DNA of 64,000 nucleotides from an uncultured Gammaproteobacteria bacterium (GCA_964590105.1 CAZPYM010000002.1:154697-218696), one strand, 5' to 3'. Positions 47,902 through 58,880 are shown, counted from the first letter of the stretch. Notes: generated by a model not told the origin, from the sequence alone. Numbers and translations are program-made.

Positions 47902-48849
47902 CTATTGGCTAATTATCCTCCAGCTGTTTTCGGATTTTTTTAGTTTTCCTCTGATTGTAAAGCCGGCTGCTTTGGCATGTCCGCCGCCGCCAAATTTTTG
48001 CGCCAATTGAGAAACATCAATATTGTCTTTGATTGTGCGCAGGCTACATTTAATGAAGCCGTCTTCAGTCTCGCGGATAACAATAATTATGTTTGCTTCG
48101 TACAGAGTGGTTAAAAAATTAGCCATGCCCTCGAAAACTTCCGGCATGATGGCGTCTTCCTTGCTGATTATCGCGGAAACCACTTTATATTTCGAATTGA
48201 ATTGCAATTGCGAAAGGATTTTCCCCCAGACCCTGAGTGCTTCGGGGCTGTTTTTCTTCCAGGTGTTGCGAATTATTTGTTTGATATTCGCACCGTGCTG
48301 AAGTAGTTCCGAAGCCGCGGACATGGCGCTTTTGGTTGTGCCGGCATTGGTAAAGTAGGTGGTGTCGGTGATTATGCCAATGAGAAGACAGGTGCAGATT
48401 TGCTTGGTCAATGGAATGGAATTGTTTTTTAACAAACGATATACGATTTCCGCAGTGGCGCTCGCCGGTTCAACAATATTCAAATTGCCGTAATGCGGAT
48501 TTGTCTGATGATGATCAATGTTTATAATAGGTAGATAATCTTTTACTTCGATCAACTTTTCAGATAGTCCTGTTTGCGAGGTGTCGCCGCAATCCAGGCA
48601 AATCAGCAAATCAAAGTCGCGCAGATTAATGTTTTCGTTCTGATAAGTAAAGCGGGCGAGTTCTAAAAAATCGAGCATTTGTGGCACAGGATCAGGATAG
48701 TGTATTAGAACTTTTTTTTGCAGACTTTCAATATACAAAGCCAGCGCGCCGGCTGATCCCATTGTGTCGGCATCAGGATTGCGGTGGCAAAGAAGAAGTA
48801 TGTTTTTGCTTTGATTGATTTGAGAAAATAATTTTTCAGAATTGTTCAT
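47902..48849 (-). CDS. nrnA: DHH/DHHA1 oligoribonuclease/PAP phosphatase
   Basis: HRNPDAD, IDHH, TDT, SLR and GGGGHAKAAG; follows rbfA. Confidence 0.93.
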   Translation of the reverse strand: MNNSEKLFSQINQSKNILLLCHRNPDADTMGSAGALALYIESLQKKVLIHYPDPVPQMLDFLELARFTYQNENINLRDFDLLICLDCGDTSQTGLSEKLIEVKDYLPIINIDHHQTNPHYGNLNIVEPASATAEIVYRLLKNNSIPLTKQICTCLLIGIITDTTYFTNAGTTKSAMSAASELLQHGANIKQIIRNTWKKNSPEALRVWGKILSQLQFNSKYKVVSAIISKEDAIMPEVFEGMANFLTTLYEANIIIVIRETEDGFIKCSLRTIKDNIDVSQLAQKFGGGGHAKAAGFTIRGKLKKSENSWRIISQ

Positions 48850-48854
48850 AAAAC

Positions 48855-49187
48855 TTAATTGTTCAGATCGTCCAGAGTTTGATAAATCTCGCTCGCGGTT
48901 TGTTCTGTGTCGTCCAGAACAAAGTTTAGCCTTGGCGTGAATTTGAGCTTGATTTTTTTGCCGAGAAGACCCTGAGTTTCGTGGCGGTTATTTACTAAAA
49001 ATTTTATTCCTTCCTCCGCCTTGCTAAAAGGCAGAACGCTGACAAACACTTTGGCTGTTTTTAGATCACTGCCACAGTCAAGTCTGGTGATTGTCAGGAA
49101 AAAATCAAAAGGCACTTCTAGGTTTTGAGAAATGATTTCTGCCAGCGCCTTTTGCAGCATGGAATTTACTTGGAGTATTCGGGACAT
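48855..49187 (-). CDS. rbfA: Ribosome-binding factor A
   Basis: DLKTAKVFVS...LKFTPRLNFVLD. Confidence 0.93.
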   Translation of the reverse strand: MSRILQVNSMLQKALAEIISQNLEVPFDFFLTITRLDCGSDLKTAKVFVSVLPFSKAEEGIKFLVNNRHETQGLLGKKIKLKFTPRLNFVLDDTEQTASEIYQTLDDLNN

Positions 49188-49402
49188 AAAAGGAAAACAA
49201 ATTACAAATTACAAATGCTCTATGTTCTATGATATATGAGTCAAGGTGTTATATTAGTTCATTATAGCAAACCTGTCAAGATTTAGAAGCGTGTTTTGTT
49301 TGGCGTAAAATAAGAGGAAGATTAATAATCATTGACAAAAATATTTTTTAATGGTATGCTCCCTCAGTTAGGGATTGTCCCTGTATTTCAAGGAGGTACA
49401 CC

Positions 49403-49900
49403 ATGAAGAAGGTTTATCTGTTTGTTTTCGCTCTGATACTGGTTGGTTTTTCTTCAGCTTCGGCCGGGGAGAACAAATCCTTTACCGGGTACATCCAGGT
49501 GGATGACAACTGGAAGGATGTGCGAATCCTCCGTAACGTGGCCTTCAGTCCCGACGGGACAAAGATGCGCGTTGTTGAGAGGGTGGAGACCATGCTGGTC
49601 GAATGGGTTCGTTCCGACATGGGGCGGTGGATCTTCCGGTCGGTAGTGGAGAACGGCGTCTGGTTCGACCAAATCGTGGTTGAGAAAGACAAGACTGTCT
49701 GGGCCGAGAAAATCGGCGATGGTGGCGACAAGATTTTCCGTTTCGAAGCAACGCGCGTGACGGAAGGCGTGGACAAATGCTACAACTACCGTTGCGGTGC
49801 GATCTACCAAGTCGAGGCAATTCCCTCGTCCTGCAAGTGGAATGGGCCGGGGGGGGGCTGTACGATTTCAGAAGATGACAAGAAGAGCCTTGTGAAGTAG
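49403..49900 (+). CDS. Hypothetical secreted protein
   Basis: TTGACA-17-TATGCT (49332-49360), AAGGAGGT SD, signal peptide, four C-terminal Cys, terminator near 49912-49946. Confidence 0.8.
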   Translation: MKKVYLFVFALILVGFSSASAGENKSFTGYIQVDDNWKDVRILRNVAFSPDGTKMRVVERVETMLVEWVRSDMGRWIFRSVVENGVWFDQIVVEKDKTVWAEKIGDGGDKIFRFEATRVTEGVDKCYNYRCGAIYQVEAIPSSCKWNGPGGGCTISEDDKKSLVK

Positions 49901-49993
49901 TTTACGACCAAGCAGGGTTGGCTCAATGAGCCGAGCCTGTTTTTTTAATATGAACGTTGAAAAATTTCTGCAAATGAATTATGCTGGAGAAGT

Positions 49994-51349
49994 ATGAAAA
50001 GTTTGCTTAAAAAATTTATTCCTAGGGCGGCATTGAATTTTTACCACAAATCACTGGCAATTTTGTCAGCGTTTGTTTATGGTTTTCCAAGCAACAAAAT
50101 GATTGTTGTCGGCGTTACCGGCACCAATGGAAAATCAACTACAGTTGCTTTGATCGCCAAGGTTTTGGAATCGGGCGGCGCAGGAGTGGGCGCGACTTCA
50201 ACGGTTGGTTTTAAAATTGCGGATAAAGAATGGCTGAACGATAAAAAAATGACAATGCTCGGCCGATTTCAGTTGCAAAAACTCTTGAAGAAAATGGCTC
50301 AAGCCGGATGCAAGTATGCTGTGCTTGAAGTTTCGTCAGAAGGGATTAAGCAGTATCGTCATTTGGGTATTAATTTTGATTATGCGGTTTTTACAAATTT
50401 AACGCCGGAGCACTTAGAGTCGCATGGCGGATTTGATAATTATAAGCGGGCGAAAGGGGAATTGTTTCAGCACTTAACAAAACGTAAAAAAATAATAAAA
50501 CAATCCCTCACCCCGTCCTCCGTCGTCACGCCGGATGACCCAGAAGTGAAAAAGACGGCTATTGTGAATATTGACGACAAGCACGCGGAATATTTTTTGA
50601 CATTTTCGGCGGATAAAAAAATTAAATTTTCCGTAAAAAATGAAAATGCAGATTTGATAGCGAAAAATATTCAGGTTTCAACGGCGGGTACGTCATTTGA
50701 AATTAACGATAAAAAAATAAATCTAAAACTAATCGGAGCTTTTAATGTTGAAAACGCTTTGCCGGCAATTGCGGTTGGAATTGAAGAGGGAATTGCTCTG
50801 GAAAAAATAAAACAAGGATTGGAATCTGTAAAAGTTGTTCCCGGGCGAATGGAAGCGATTGATGAAGGCCAGCCTTTCTCTGTGCTTGTTGATTATGCGC
50901 CGGAGCCGGCGTCGATGGGAAAGCTCTATGAAACGATAATTTTGATCAACCAATCAACCAATCAACCAATCAACCAAATTATCCACGTTCTTGGTTCATG
51001 CGGTGGCGGTCGGGACAAGGCGCGCCGGCCTGTTCTCGGCAAAATGGCAGGGAAAAATTCTGACATTGTAGTTGTCACAAACGAAGATCCGTATGATGAC
51101 GATCCAATGGAAATAATTGATCAGGTTGCGGCGGGGGCGCTTGAAGTCGGAAAAAAGCTAAATGAAAATTTATTTAAAATATTAGACCGCAAGCAGGCGA
51201 TTGAAAAAGCATTAAGCCTGGCAAAACAAGGTGATCTGGTTTTAGTTACCGGCAAAGGTTCTGAACAGCGCATGGCGGTGGCCGGTGGGAAATATGTGGA
51301 GTGGGATGATAGAAGTATAATTAGGGAAATTTTGTCAAGGGCAAATTAA
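49994..51349 (+). CDS. murE: UDP-MurNAc-tripeptide synthetase (Mur ligase)
   Basis: GVTGTNGKST, LEVSS, TNLTPEHL, PGRME, VDYA and TGKGSE. Confidence 0.92.
   Translation: MKSLLKKFIPRAALNFYHKSLAILSAFVYGFPSNKMIVVGVTGTNGKSTTVALIAKVLESGGAGVGATSTVGFKIADKEWLNDKKMTMLGRFQLQKLLKKMAQAGCKYAVLEVSSEGIKQYRHLGINFDYAVFTNLTPEHLESHGGFDNYKRAKGELFQHLTKRKKIIKQSLTPSSVVTPDDPEVKKTAIVNIDDKHAEYFLTFSADKKIKFSVKNENADLIAKNIQVSTAGTSFEINDKKINLKLIGAFNVENALPAIAVGIEEGIALEKIKQGLESVKVVPGRMEAIDEGQPFSVLVDYAPEPASMGKLYETIILINQSTNQPINQIIHVLGSCGGGRDKARRPVLGKMAGKNSDIVVVTNEDPYDDDPMEIIDQVAAGALEVGKKLNENLFKILDRKQAIEKALSLAKQGDLVLVTGKGSEQRMAVAGGKYVEWDDRSIIREILSRAN
50945..50976 (+). repeat. (ATCAACCA)x4 tandem repeat inside murE
   Basis: Four perfect octamers encoding INQSTNQPINQ. 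Confidence 0.9.
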
Positions 51350-51391
51350 GGTAGGGGCGGCACGGTCTTGACTAATTTTACACAAGAACTT

Positions 51392-51437
51392 TTATCCACA
51401 CAAAAAGCTTGACAAGTGTGTGTATATTTGATAGTCT
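51392..51437 (+). promoter_or_regulatory. Perfect DnaA box next to the rpoBC promoter
   Basis: TTATCCACA at 51392-51400; TTGACA(51409)-17-TAGTCT(51432). Confidence 0.65.
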
Positions 51438-51599
51438 TTAGAAGACTAAGCTTCTATAACCCCTCGGGGAAACTTGACCTCGCGACCCATAGTCGGAGGA
51501 TCCGGTTTCATCAAAATAAATGTTAGAGGGATTTGCCAAACCAAACTCAAATTAATAATTACAACCCCGGCCCCATGCGGGAGGGGAAATATTTTATTT

Positions 51600-54500
51600 A
51601 TGTCAAAAAGCAACCTTGTCCGAAAGTGTTTTTCCAAATCATACGAGCTGGAAGTGCCTGATTTGATTGAGGTTCAAAAAAATTCATACAATTGGTTTTT
51701 AAAGGAAGGCCTAAATGAACTTTTGTCTGAACTTTCGCCAATCGTGGATATTTCCGACAAAGGGTTGGAATTGTTTTTCGAGGATTACTATTTGGATGAG
51801 CCAAAGTTTGACGAAAGCACTTGTAAAGAAAAAAATATTACTTACGAAGCGCCGCTACGGGTAAAAGTTAGATTGAGTAATACCAAGACCAAGAAAAAAG
51901 AAACGCAGGAAATATTTTTGGGTGATTTTCCGTTAATGACCGAGAGAGGAACGTTCATTATTAATGGTATTGAAAGAGTAATCGTATCGCAGATTATCCG
52001 TTCCGCCGGTGTTTTCTTCACTTCAAATTTTATCCGAGAAAAAAATAGAGTTTTTTATGGTGCGAAAATTATCCCAAATAGGGGCGCCTGGTTGGAATTT
52101 GAAACAGATGCCAATAATGTAATCTGGGTAAAGATCGATCGAAAAAGAAAAGTTTCAGCCACTGCTCTCTTGCGCGCTTTTGGTTTGGAAACCGACGAGC
52201 AACTGCTTAGTGCTTTTAGGGAAGTCGATAATCATCCGGATATTAAATACATCGAGGCTACTCTAGCCAAAGATGCTTCAAAAAATCAGGATGATGGATT
52301 AATAGAGGTTTATAAAAGGATTAGACCTGGCGACATGGCGACCGCTGACAATGCCAAGTCTCTTATTTTTGCCATGTTTTTTAATTTTGACCGTTATGAT
52401 TTTGGCAACGTGGGAAGATATAAACTGAACCAAAGATTTAATACTGAATATAAATTAGACGAGGAAAACCGGAAATTAAAAATGGAAGACGTGCTCAACG
52501 TAATCAAAGAAATCATTCGTTTAAATAACAGCCAGGAGTTGTCTGATGATATCGATCACCTGGGTAATCGAAGAATTCGCGCAATCGGTGAATTGATTCA
52601 AAATAAATTCCGCGTTGGTTTGGCTCGGATGGAGAGAATTGTGAAAGATAGAATGAGCACCATGGATCCGACGACGCTTACCCCTTCAAAATTAATAAAC
52701 GCGCGCCCGGTCATCGGCGTTGTCCGTGAATTTTTTATGTCTTCGCAGTTGTCGCAATTCATGGATCAGACCAATCCGTTGTCAGAGCTTGAACACAAAA
52801 GGAGAATCTCAGCCATGGGCCCCGGCGGTTTGTCGCGCGAAAGAGCTGGTTTCGAAGTGCGTGATGTGCATACTACTCACTATGGCAGAATTTGCCCGAT
52901 CGCCACGCCTGAAGGTCCGAATATCGGGCTGGTGGGGCATCTCGCGAGTTATGCCCTGGTCAATGAATATGGTTTTATTGAAACGCCTTATTTTCGGGTA
53001 AAACATAAGATATTAAAGGACATGAAAGATCCAGTTAGCGGGCAGGTTTTAAAAAAGGGAACAGAGGTTTTGGGCGGTGATCTGCAAAAGAGCGCTATTT
53101 CAGCTAATGAATTAAGAGATAATATTGAAAACTGGGTATCGAGCGACGTAGTTTATTTAAATGCTTTGAAAGAAGAAAAAACAATAACAACTTCATACAC
53201 GACTGATAGAGAAGAAAAAACTGGAATAATTTTAAAGGAAAAATTGGACGTTCGTTGTTTTGGAAAGCCAACGATTGAATCTGTTTACAAAATTGACTAC
53301 ATGGATGTGTCGTCAAACCAGATTGTGAGCGTGGCTACATCCCTGATCCCTTTTCTTGAACATGATGACGCGGTTCGCGCTCTTATGGGAACAAATATGC
53401 AACGTCAGGCAGTACCTTGCGTTAAACCAGAAGCGCCGATAGTAGGTACTGGTATGGAGGCGATTGCCGCTCGTGATTCCGGCCATTGCATTATTGCTGA
53501 TACTGAGGGCCAAATTGTCGCTTGCCAGGGAGATCGGATTGATTTTTTAACTAAAAAAGGAGAACTTAAAATATATCATTTGAATAAGTTTGTTTGTTCA
53601 AATGCTTCTACCAGCATTAATCAAAGACCAATCGTTCACGTGGGCGATAAGATAAAAAAGGGTGATGTTATGGCGGATGGCCCGGCTATTGACGGCGGTG
53701 AATTGGCGCTCGGCCAAAACGTTTTGGTGGCTTACATGGCTTGGGGCGGCTACAACTATGAGGATGCGATAATTGTTTCTGAGAATATGGTCAAGAATGA
53801 TCGTTATTCGTCAGTTCATATTGAAAATTATACTATTGATGTTCGCGATACAAAGTTGGGACCGGAAATGGTAACAGCAGACATTCCAAATATTTCAGAA
53901 GAAAAATTGAAAAATCTGGATGCTGAGGGCGTGGTCCGTGTCGGCGCCACAGTAAAGTCGGGTGACATTCTGGTCGGCAAGATTACGCCGAAAGGAGAAA
54001 CAGAATTGTCAGCTGAAGAAAAATTGCTAAAAGCAATTTTCGGCGAAAAAGCCAGAGATGTCCGCGATACTTCACTCCGCCTGGAACACGGAGAGCACGG
54101 AAAAGTTGTTGACATAAAAATCTTTTCGCAGGAAAACGGCGACAAACTGTCTCCCGGAGTGATTAAATCAATTCAGATTACAATTGCTAATTTGAGAAAA
54201 ATTCAAGTGGGAGATAAATTGGCCGGCCGTCATGGAAATAAAGGTGTGATTTCCAAGATTGTGCCAATCGAAGATATGCCATTTATGGATGACGGTACTC
54301 CGATTGATGTTATCTTAACGCCTCTTGGCATTGCTTCTCGTATGAACCTGGGTCAAGTCTTGGAAACGCATTTGGGTTTGGCGGCAAAGAAATTGGGCTA
54401 TCATGTAGCGACGCCGGTGTTAAATGGAATTTCAGAAAAAACCATTGCCGAGGAATTGGCTCGAGCTGGTTATTCAGTTGACGGAAAATTAACTTTATAT

Positions 54501-54941
54501 AACGGAAAAACAGGTGAGGCGTTTGAAAATCTGATTACGGTCGGCTACAACTATATCCTCAAATTGAATCATATGGTCGAGGACAAGATTCATCAACGTT
54601 CGATCGGTCCATATTCTCTTATTACCCAGCAGCCGCTCGGCGGCAAGGCTCAGTTCGGCGGCCAGCGTTTCGGTGAAATGGAAGTTTGGGCGCTCGAAGG
54701 ATATGGAGCTGCTCACATGCTGCAAGAAGTTTTGACCATTAAGTCAGACGATGTGCTCGGCAGGGCCAAAGCTTATGAATCAATTATCAAAGGCGAACCG
54801 ATTAAACGGCTGAATGTGCCGGAATCATTTAATGTTTTGATTAGAGAATTAAAAGGACTTTGTTTGGATGTGGAACTTTTGAAAGATGGTAAAAAGGTCA
54901 CTATTGACGATGTAGACGAAAAAGTAGAGAGCGATAAATAA
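51600..54941 (+). CDS. rpoB: RNA polymerase beta subunit
   Basis: DIDHLGNRR, TPEGPNIGL, GDKLAGRHGNKG and GGQRFGEMEVW; start trimmed to ATG 51600. Confidence 0.99.
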   Translation: MSKSNLVRKCFSKSYELEVPDLIEVQKNSYNWFLKEGLNELLSELSPIVDISDKGLELFFEDYYLDEPKFDESTCKEKNITYEAPLRVKVRLSNTKTKKKETQEIFLGDFPLMTERGTFIINGIERVIVSQIIRSAGVFFTSNFIREKNRVFYGAKIIPNRGAWLEFETDANNVIWVKIDRKRKVSATALLRAFGLETDEQLLSAFREVDNHPDIKYIEATLAKDASKNQDDGLIEVYKRIRPGDMATADNAKSLIFAMFFNFDRYDFGNVGRYKLNQRFNTEYKLDEENRKLKMEDVLNVIKEIIRLNNSQELSDDIDHLGNRRIRAIGELIQNKFRVGLARMERIVKDRMSTMDPTTLTPSKLINARPVIGVVREFFMSSQLSQFMDQTNPLSELEHKRRISAMGPGGLSRERAGFEVRDVHTTHYGRICPIATPEGPNIGLVGHLASYALVNEYGFIETPYFRVKHKILKDMKDPVSGQVLKKGTEVLGGDLQKSAISANELRDNIENWVSSDVVYLNALKEEKTITTSYTTDREEKTGIILKEKLDVRCFGKPTIESVYKIDYMDVSSNQIVSVATSLIPFLEHDDAVRALMGTNMQRQAVPCVKPEAPIVGTGMEAIAARDSGHCIIADTEGQIVACQGDRIDFLTKKGELKIYHLNKFVCSNASTSINQRPIVHVGDKIKKGDVMADGPAIDGGELALGQNVLVAYMAWGGYNYEDAIIVSENMVKNDRYSSVHIENYTIDVRDTKLGPEMVTADIPNISEEKLKNLDAEGVVRVGATVKSGDILVGKITPKGETELSAEEKLLKAIFGEKARDVRDTSLRLEHGEHGKVVDIKIFSQENGDKLSPGVIKSIQITIANLRKIQVGDKLAGRHGNKGVISKIVPIEDMPFMDDGTPIDVILTPLGIASRMNLGQVLETHLGLAAKKLGYHVATPVLNGISEKTIAEELARAGYSVDGKLTLYNGKTGEAFENLITVGYNYILKLNHMVEDKIHQRSIGPYSLITQQPLGGKAQFGGQRFGEMEVWALEGYGAAHMLQEVLTIKSDDVLGRAKAYESIIKGEPIKRLNVPESFNVLIRELKGLCLDVELLKDGKKVTIDDVDEKVESDK

Positions 54942-54968
54942 TTACATTATTTAATAACAAAATAATTT

Positions 54969-57900
54969 ATGAGTTTAGAAAGCTTAAAAATAAATGACTT
55001 TGACGCCATTAAACTCAAACTAGCGTCGCCGTCAGATATTCGCTCTTGGTCGCACGGTGAAGTTGCCAGGCCGGAGACTATCAATTACCGGACGCAAAAG
55101 CCGGAAAAAGATGGACTTTTTTGCGAAAAAATATTCGGACCAAGCAAAGATTGGGAGTGTTATTGCGGCAAATATAAAAAAATTCGGTACAAAGGAATTG
55201 TTTGCGACAAATGCGGAGTGGAAGTTACCCGGGCAGTGGTCAGGCGTCAGCGCATGGGCCACATCGAACTCGCCGTGCCGGTTTCTCATATTTGGTTTTT
55301 GCGGGGTATTCCGTCAAAGATCGGCTTAGTGCTGGACTTATCAATTCAAAAATTGGAAAAAGTTATTTATTTTGCCAGTTTTATCGTCACGGACGTGAAT
55401 GAAGAATTGCGCAAACAAGAACTAGAAAACCTGCGCAAAGAATTGAAATCAAAGCAAAAATCTTTGCAGGCCCAATTGAGCCAGCAAGTGGACAATCTTG
55501 ACCAGAACAAAGAGCTCAGTTTCGGCGACAGAAAACAGGCGGTCAAGCAAGCAACAGAAGAAAATGAAAAATTACTGGATGAACTTAATCAGGATTTCAC
55601 AGAAACGGAAAAAGAGCTCAAAGAATTGAAGCCGCTGAAAATAATTTCAGAAGTTGAATATCATGATATTTCTTTAAAATACGGACATGTTTTTGAAGCG
55701 GGAATTGGCGCGGAAGCTATTAGTAAATTATTGGAAAGGGTTGACCTTGTTAAAGCGATCAGTGAATTGACGGAAGAATTAAAGGAAGATAAGGGTTCGA
55801 AAAAGAAAAAATTAATTAATCGTGTTAAGTTACTGAGGAGTTTGAAAAGGAATAATATCAAGCCGGAGCAAATGATTTTAGCGGCTTTGCCTGTAATCCC
55901 TCCGGATTTGCGGCCAATGGTACCGCTCGACGGCGGACGATATGCCACTTCGGATTTAAACGATTTATATAGAAGAGTTATTTCCCGTAATAATCGGTTA
56001 AAAAGACTTTTGGAATTAAATGCGCCGGAAGTTATTGTCAGAAATGAAAAACGAATGTTGCAGGAAGCGGTTGACGCTTTGATCGATAATTCCGCCAGAC
56101 AGAGCAAAACTACCACTGCCTCGACTGGGCAAAAAAGAAAGCTAAAATCAATTGCTGATTATTTAAAAGGTAAACGCGGACGATTTAGACAAAATCTTCT
56201 TGGTAAGAGAATCGATTATTCAGGACGAAGCGTAATTGTCATTGGTCCTGAATTGCGTTTGCACCAATGCGGTTTGCCAAAGAAAATGGCGCTGGAATTA
56301 TTCAAACCGTTTGTTATCTGCGAATTAATTAAAAAAGAATACGTGCACAATATCCGGAGCGCTAATCGTTTTATTGAGGCGGACAGACCGGAAGTGTGGG
56401 ATATTTTGGAAAATATTATCAAAGGAGCGCATGTGCTTTTGAATCGCGCCCCGACCTTGCATCGACTTGGCATTCAGGCTTTTCAGCCGATCTTGATCGA
56501 GGGGCGAGCTATTCAGCTGCATCCTCTAGTTTGCTCGGCTTTTAATGCTGACTTTGACGGTGACCAGATGGCCGTGCATGTTCCCCTGACTGAAGAAGCC
56601 AAAAAAGAAGCCCGTGAAATGATGTTGGCCAGCAAGAATTTGCTAAAACCAGCGACCGGCAACTCGATTGTTACGCCGACCATGGATATGGTTTGGGGCA
56701 CTTATCATGTTACTTCTTATACCAAGGAGCAAACGCCGGCAAAAATCTTTTGCAGTGTCAAAGAGGCAAAGCTTGCTTATGATGTGCGCAAAATTTCTAT
56801 TCGTCAAATTATAAAAGTCAGGGTAAATAAAGACGAGCTAGGCCGAAAAGTTAAGGGTGAATTTTTGGAAACATCGCTCGGTCGAATATTGTTTAATAAT
56901 TTATTGCCGGACAAGATGCCATATTACAATGAGGTGATTGATAAAAAGAAAATGGCAATAATTGTTCAGCTGGCGTTGGAATTTTACGGTTTTGATGAAA
57001 CTGCCAAAGCTTTAGATAGAATCAAGGATTTTGGCTTCAAACAATTGACTAAAGCCGGATTTTCTTGGGGCATGAATGATTTACCGACAGTCAGCGGAAA
57101 GAAAAGTTTGTTGGATCAGGGATTAAAAGAAGTTGAAGCAGTGCAAGGTCAGTATGAAGACGGGCTTCTGACCAATGATGAGCGTTACAGCAAAGTAATT
57201 GAAATTTGGACCAGGACAAAAGACGATGTGACTAAACTCAGTCAGGGAATTCTAGAACCGGATGGATCAGTTCATACGATGATCAGTTCGGGCGCTCGCG
57301 GTTCGTGGGGACAGCTTGCTCAGATGGTCGGAATGAAGGGGTTGGTAACCAATCCGGCCGGACAGATTATTGAATTACCTGTCAAAGCCAGTTTTAAAGA
57401 AGGTTTCTCAGCCTTGGAATATTACATTTCTACTCATGGAACGCGTAAGGGTTTGTCCGATACCGCCCTGCGTACAGCCAATGCCGGTTATCTGACCCGC
57501 AGACTGGTTGACGTGGCCCAAGATTTGGTGATTAGGGAAAAAGATTGCGGTGACGAAAAGGGTCGCATTATTACAAAGGAAGACAGTGATAAAATGGGCC
57601 TAAACTTTATTGAGAGAATCGTTGGCCGGCACATAATTGATTCTATAAAAGATCCTAAAACCGGAAAAGTGCTTGTCAAAAAAGGAAGTTTAATCACTGA
57701 AGAAATAGCTAGAAAATTAGAAAAAATTGATTTGGCGTCGGTAAAAATACGTTCTCTTCTGACCTGCAAATTGTCGCAGGGAGTGTGTCAAAAATGCTAT
57801 GGATTTGACCTAGCCTACAATCGTCTTGTTGAAATTGGTACAGCCGTCGGCATTATTGCCGCGCAAAGTATTGGCGAGCCTGGAACTCAGCTTACCATGA

Positions 57901-58880
57901 GAACTTTCCATACAGGTGGTGTAGCCGGAGGCGGAGATATTACTCAGGGTTTGCCGCGCGTAGAAGAAATTTTTGAAGCGCGTCCGCCAAAGAAAAAAGC
58001 CTTGATTTCCGAGGTCGCAGGCCTGGTTTCCATTGAAGAGCAGGCCAGAACTATTCAGGGTCCGAAAGGAGAAATCATTGCCAGAACTTCATTTGGTCAG
58101 CGGGTAGTTCGAATTCACCACGATGAAGTGGAAGAAGATGTCTATAGTCTAAAACCGGAATTCAAGCTGAAAGTGGCAGATGGCGAGCTAGTCAATGAAA
58201 AGGGAACGCTCTATCTTGACGCGGAAAAGCAAAAGGTCAAAGCAAAACGTTATGGCAAGATTGTGCTCACCGAAAATCAATTGAGGGTTGTGTCGGCCGC
58301 GGAACAAGTAAGAGAATACTTAATTTCTCCGGGAACAGTTTTGTGGGTAAAAGATGGCGATTTGATTGAAAAAGGAGCTCAATTGACCGAAGGCAGTCTG
58401 GATTTGAATCAGTTGCACAAGATTAGGGGCAAGAAAGCTGTGCAAGACTACATTCTAAAGGAAATTCAATATATTTATTCTTCACAGGGACAAAAGCTAA
58501 ACGACAAACATGTTGAATTAATTTCCCGGCAAATGTTTTCCCGCGTTTATGTCGAGACTTCCGGTGACACGGAATTATTGGAAGGAGAAATAGTGGAAAA
58601 ATCAGCCTTTGAAATTGCCAACAAGAATTTAAAGAAAGGCGAAAATCCGGCTAAGGGAGATGAAATATTTTTGGGAATTTCCAAGGTTTCATTGTCAACC
58701 AACAGTTTTTTGTCAGCTGCTTCTTTCCAGGAAACCGCCAAGGTGTTGATCAATGCGGCTATTACCGGCAAGATTGACAGACTGGAAGGTCTAAAAGAAA
58801 ATGTTATCATCGGCCGGCTGATTCCTGCCGGTACGGGGTACCGTCCGACAATAGAACCAGAAGAAAAGCCTACGGAATAA
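54969..58880 (+). CDS. rpoC: RNA polymerase beta' subunit
   Basis: NADFDGDQM, N-terminal Zn finger and QSIGEPGTQLTMRTFH. Confidence 0.99.
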   Translation: MSLESLKINDFDAIKLKLASPSDIRSWSHGEVARPETINYRTQKPEKDGLFCEKIFGPSKDWECYCGKYKKIRYKGIVCDKCGVEVTRAVVRRQRMGHIELAVPVSHIWFLRGIPSKIGLVLDLSIQKLEKVIYFASFIVTDVNEELRKQELENLRKELKSKQKSLQAQLSQQVDNLDQNKELSFGDRKQAVKQATEENEKLLDELNQDFTETEKELKELKPLKIISEVEYHDISLKYGHVFEAGIGAEAISKLLERVDLVKAISELTEELKEDKGSKKKKLINRVKLLRSLKRNNIKPEQMILAALPVIPPDLRPMVPLDGGRYATSDLNDLYRRVISRNNRLKRLLELNAPEVIVRNEKRMLQEAVDALIDNSARQSKTTTASTGQKRKLKSIADYLKGKRGRFRQNLLGKRIDYSGRSVIVIGPELRLHQCGLPKKMALELFKPFVICELIKKEYVHNIRSANRFIEADRPEVWDILENIIKGAHVLLNRAPTLHRLGIQAFQPILIEGRAIQLHPLVCSAFNADFDGDQMAVHVPLTEEAKKEAREMMLASKNLLKPATGNSIVTPTMDMVWGTYHVTSYTKEQTPAKIFCSVKEAKLAYDVRKISIRQIIKVRVNKDELGRKVKGEFLETSLGRILFNNLLPDKMPYYNEVIDKKKMAIIVQLALEFYGFDETAKALDRIKDFGFKQLTKAGFSWGMNDLPTVSGKKSLLDQGLKEVEAVQGQYEDGLLTNDERYSKVIEIWTRTKDDVTKLSQGILEPDGSVHTMISSGARGSWGQLAQMVGMKGLVTNPAGQIIELPVKASFKEGFSALEYYISTHGTRKGLSDTALRTANAGYLTRRLVDVAQDLVIREKDCGDEKGRIITKEDSDKMGLNFIERIVGRHIIDSIKDPKTGKVLVKKGSLITEEIARKLEKIDLASVKIRSLLTCKLSQGVCQKCYGFDLAYNRLVEIGTAVGIIAAQSIGEPGTQLTMRTFHTGGVAGGGDITQGLPRVEEIFEARPPKKKALISEVAGLVSIEEQARTIQGPKGEIIARTSFGQRVVRIHHDEVEEDVYSLKPEFKLKVADGELVNEKGTLYLDAEKQKVKAKRYGKIVLTENQLRVVSAAEQVREYLISPGTVLWVKDGDLIEKGAQLTEGSLDLNQLHKIRGKKAVQDYILKEIQYIYSSQGQKLNDKHVELISRQMFSRVYVETSGDTELLEGEIVEKSAFEIANKNLKKGENPAKGDEIFLGISKVSLSTNSFLSAASFQETAKVLINAAITGKIDRLEGLKENVIIGRLIPAGTGYRPTIEPEEKPTE

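Noticed and set aside
51474-51599. N-terminal extension of RpoB from the TTG start
   Set aside because: It overlaps the structured leader; RpoB-like sequence begins at ATG 51600.
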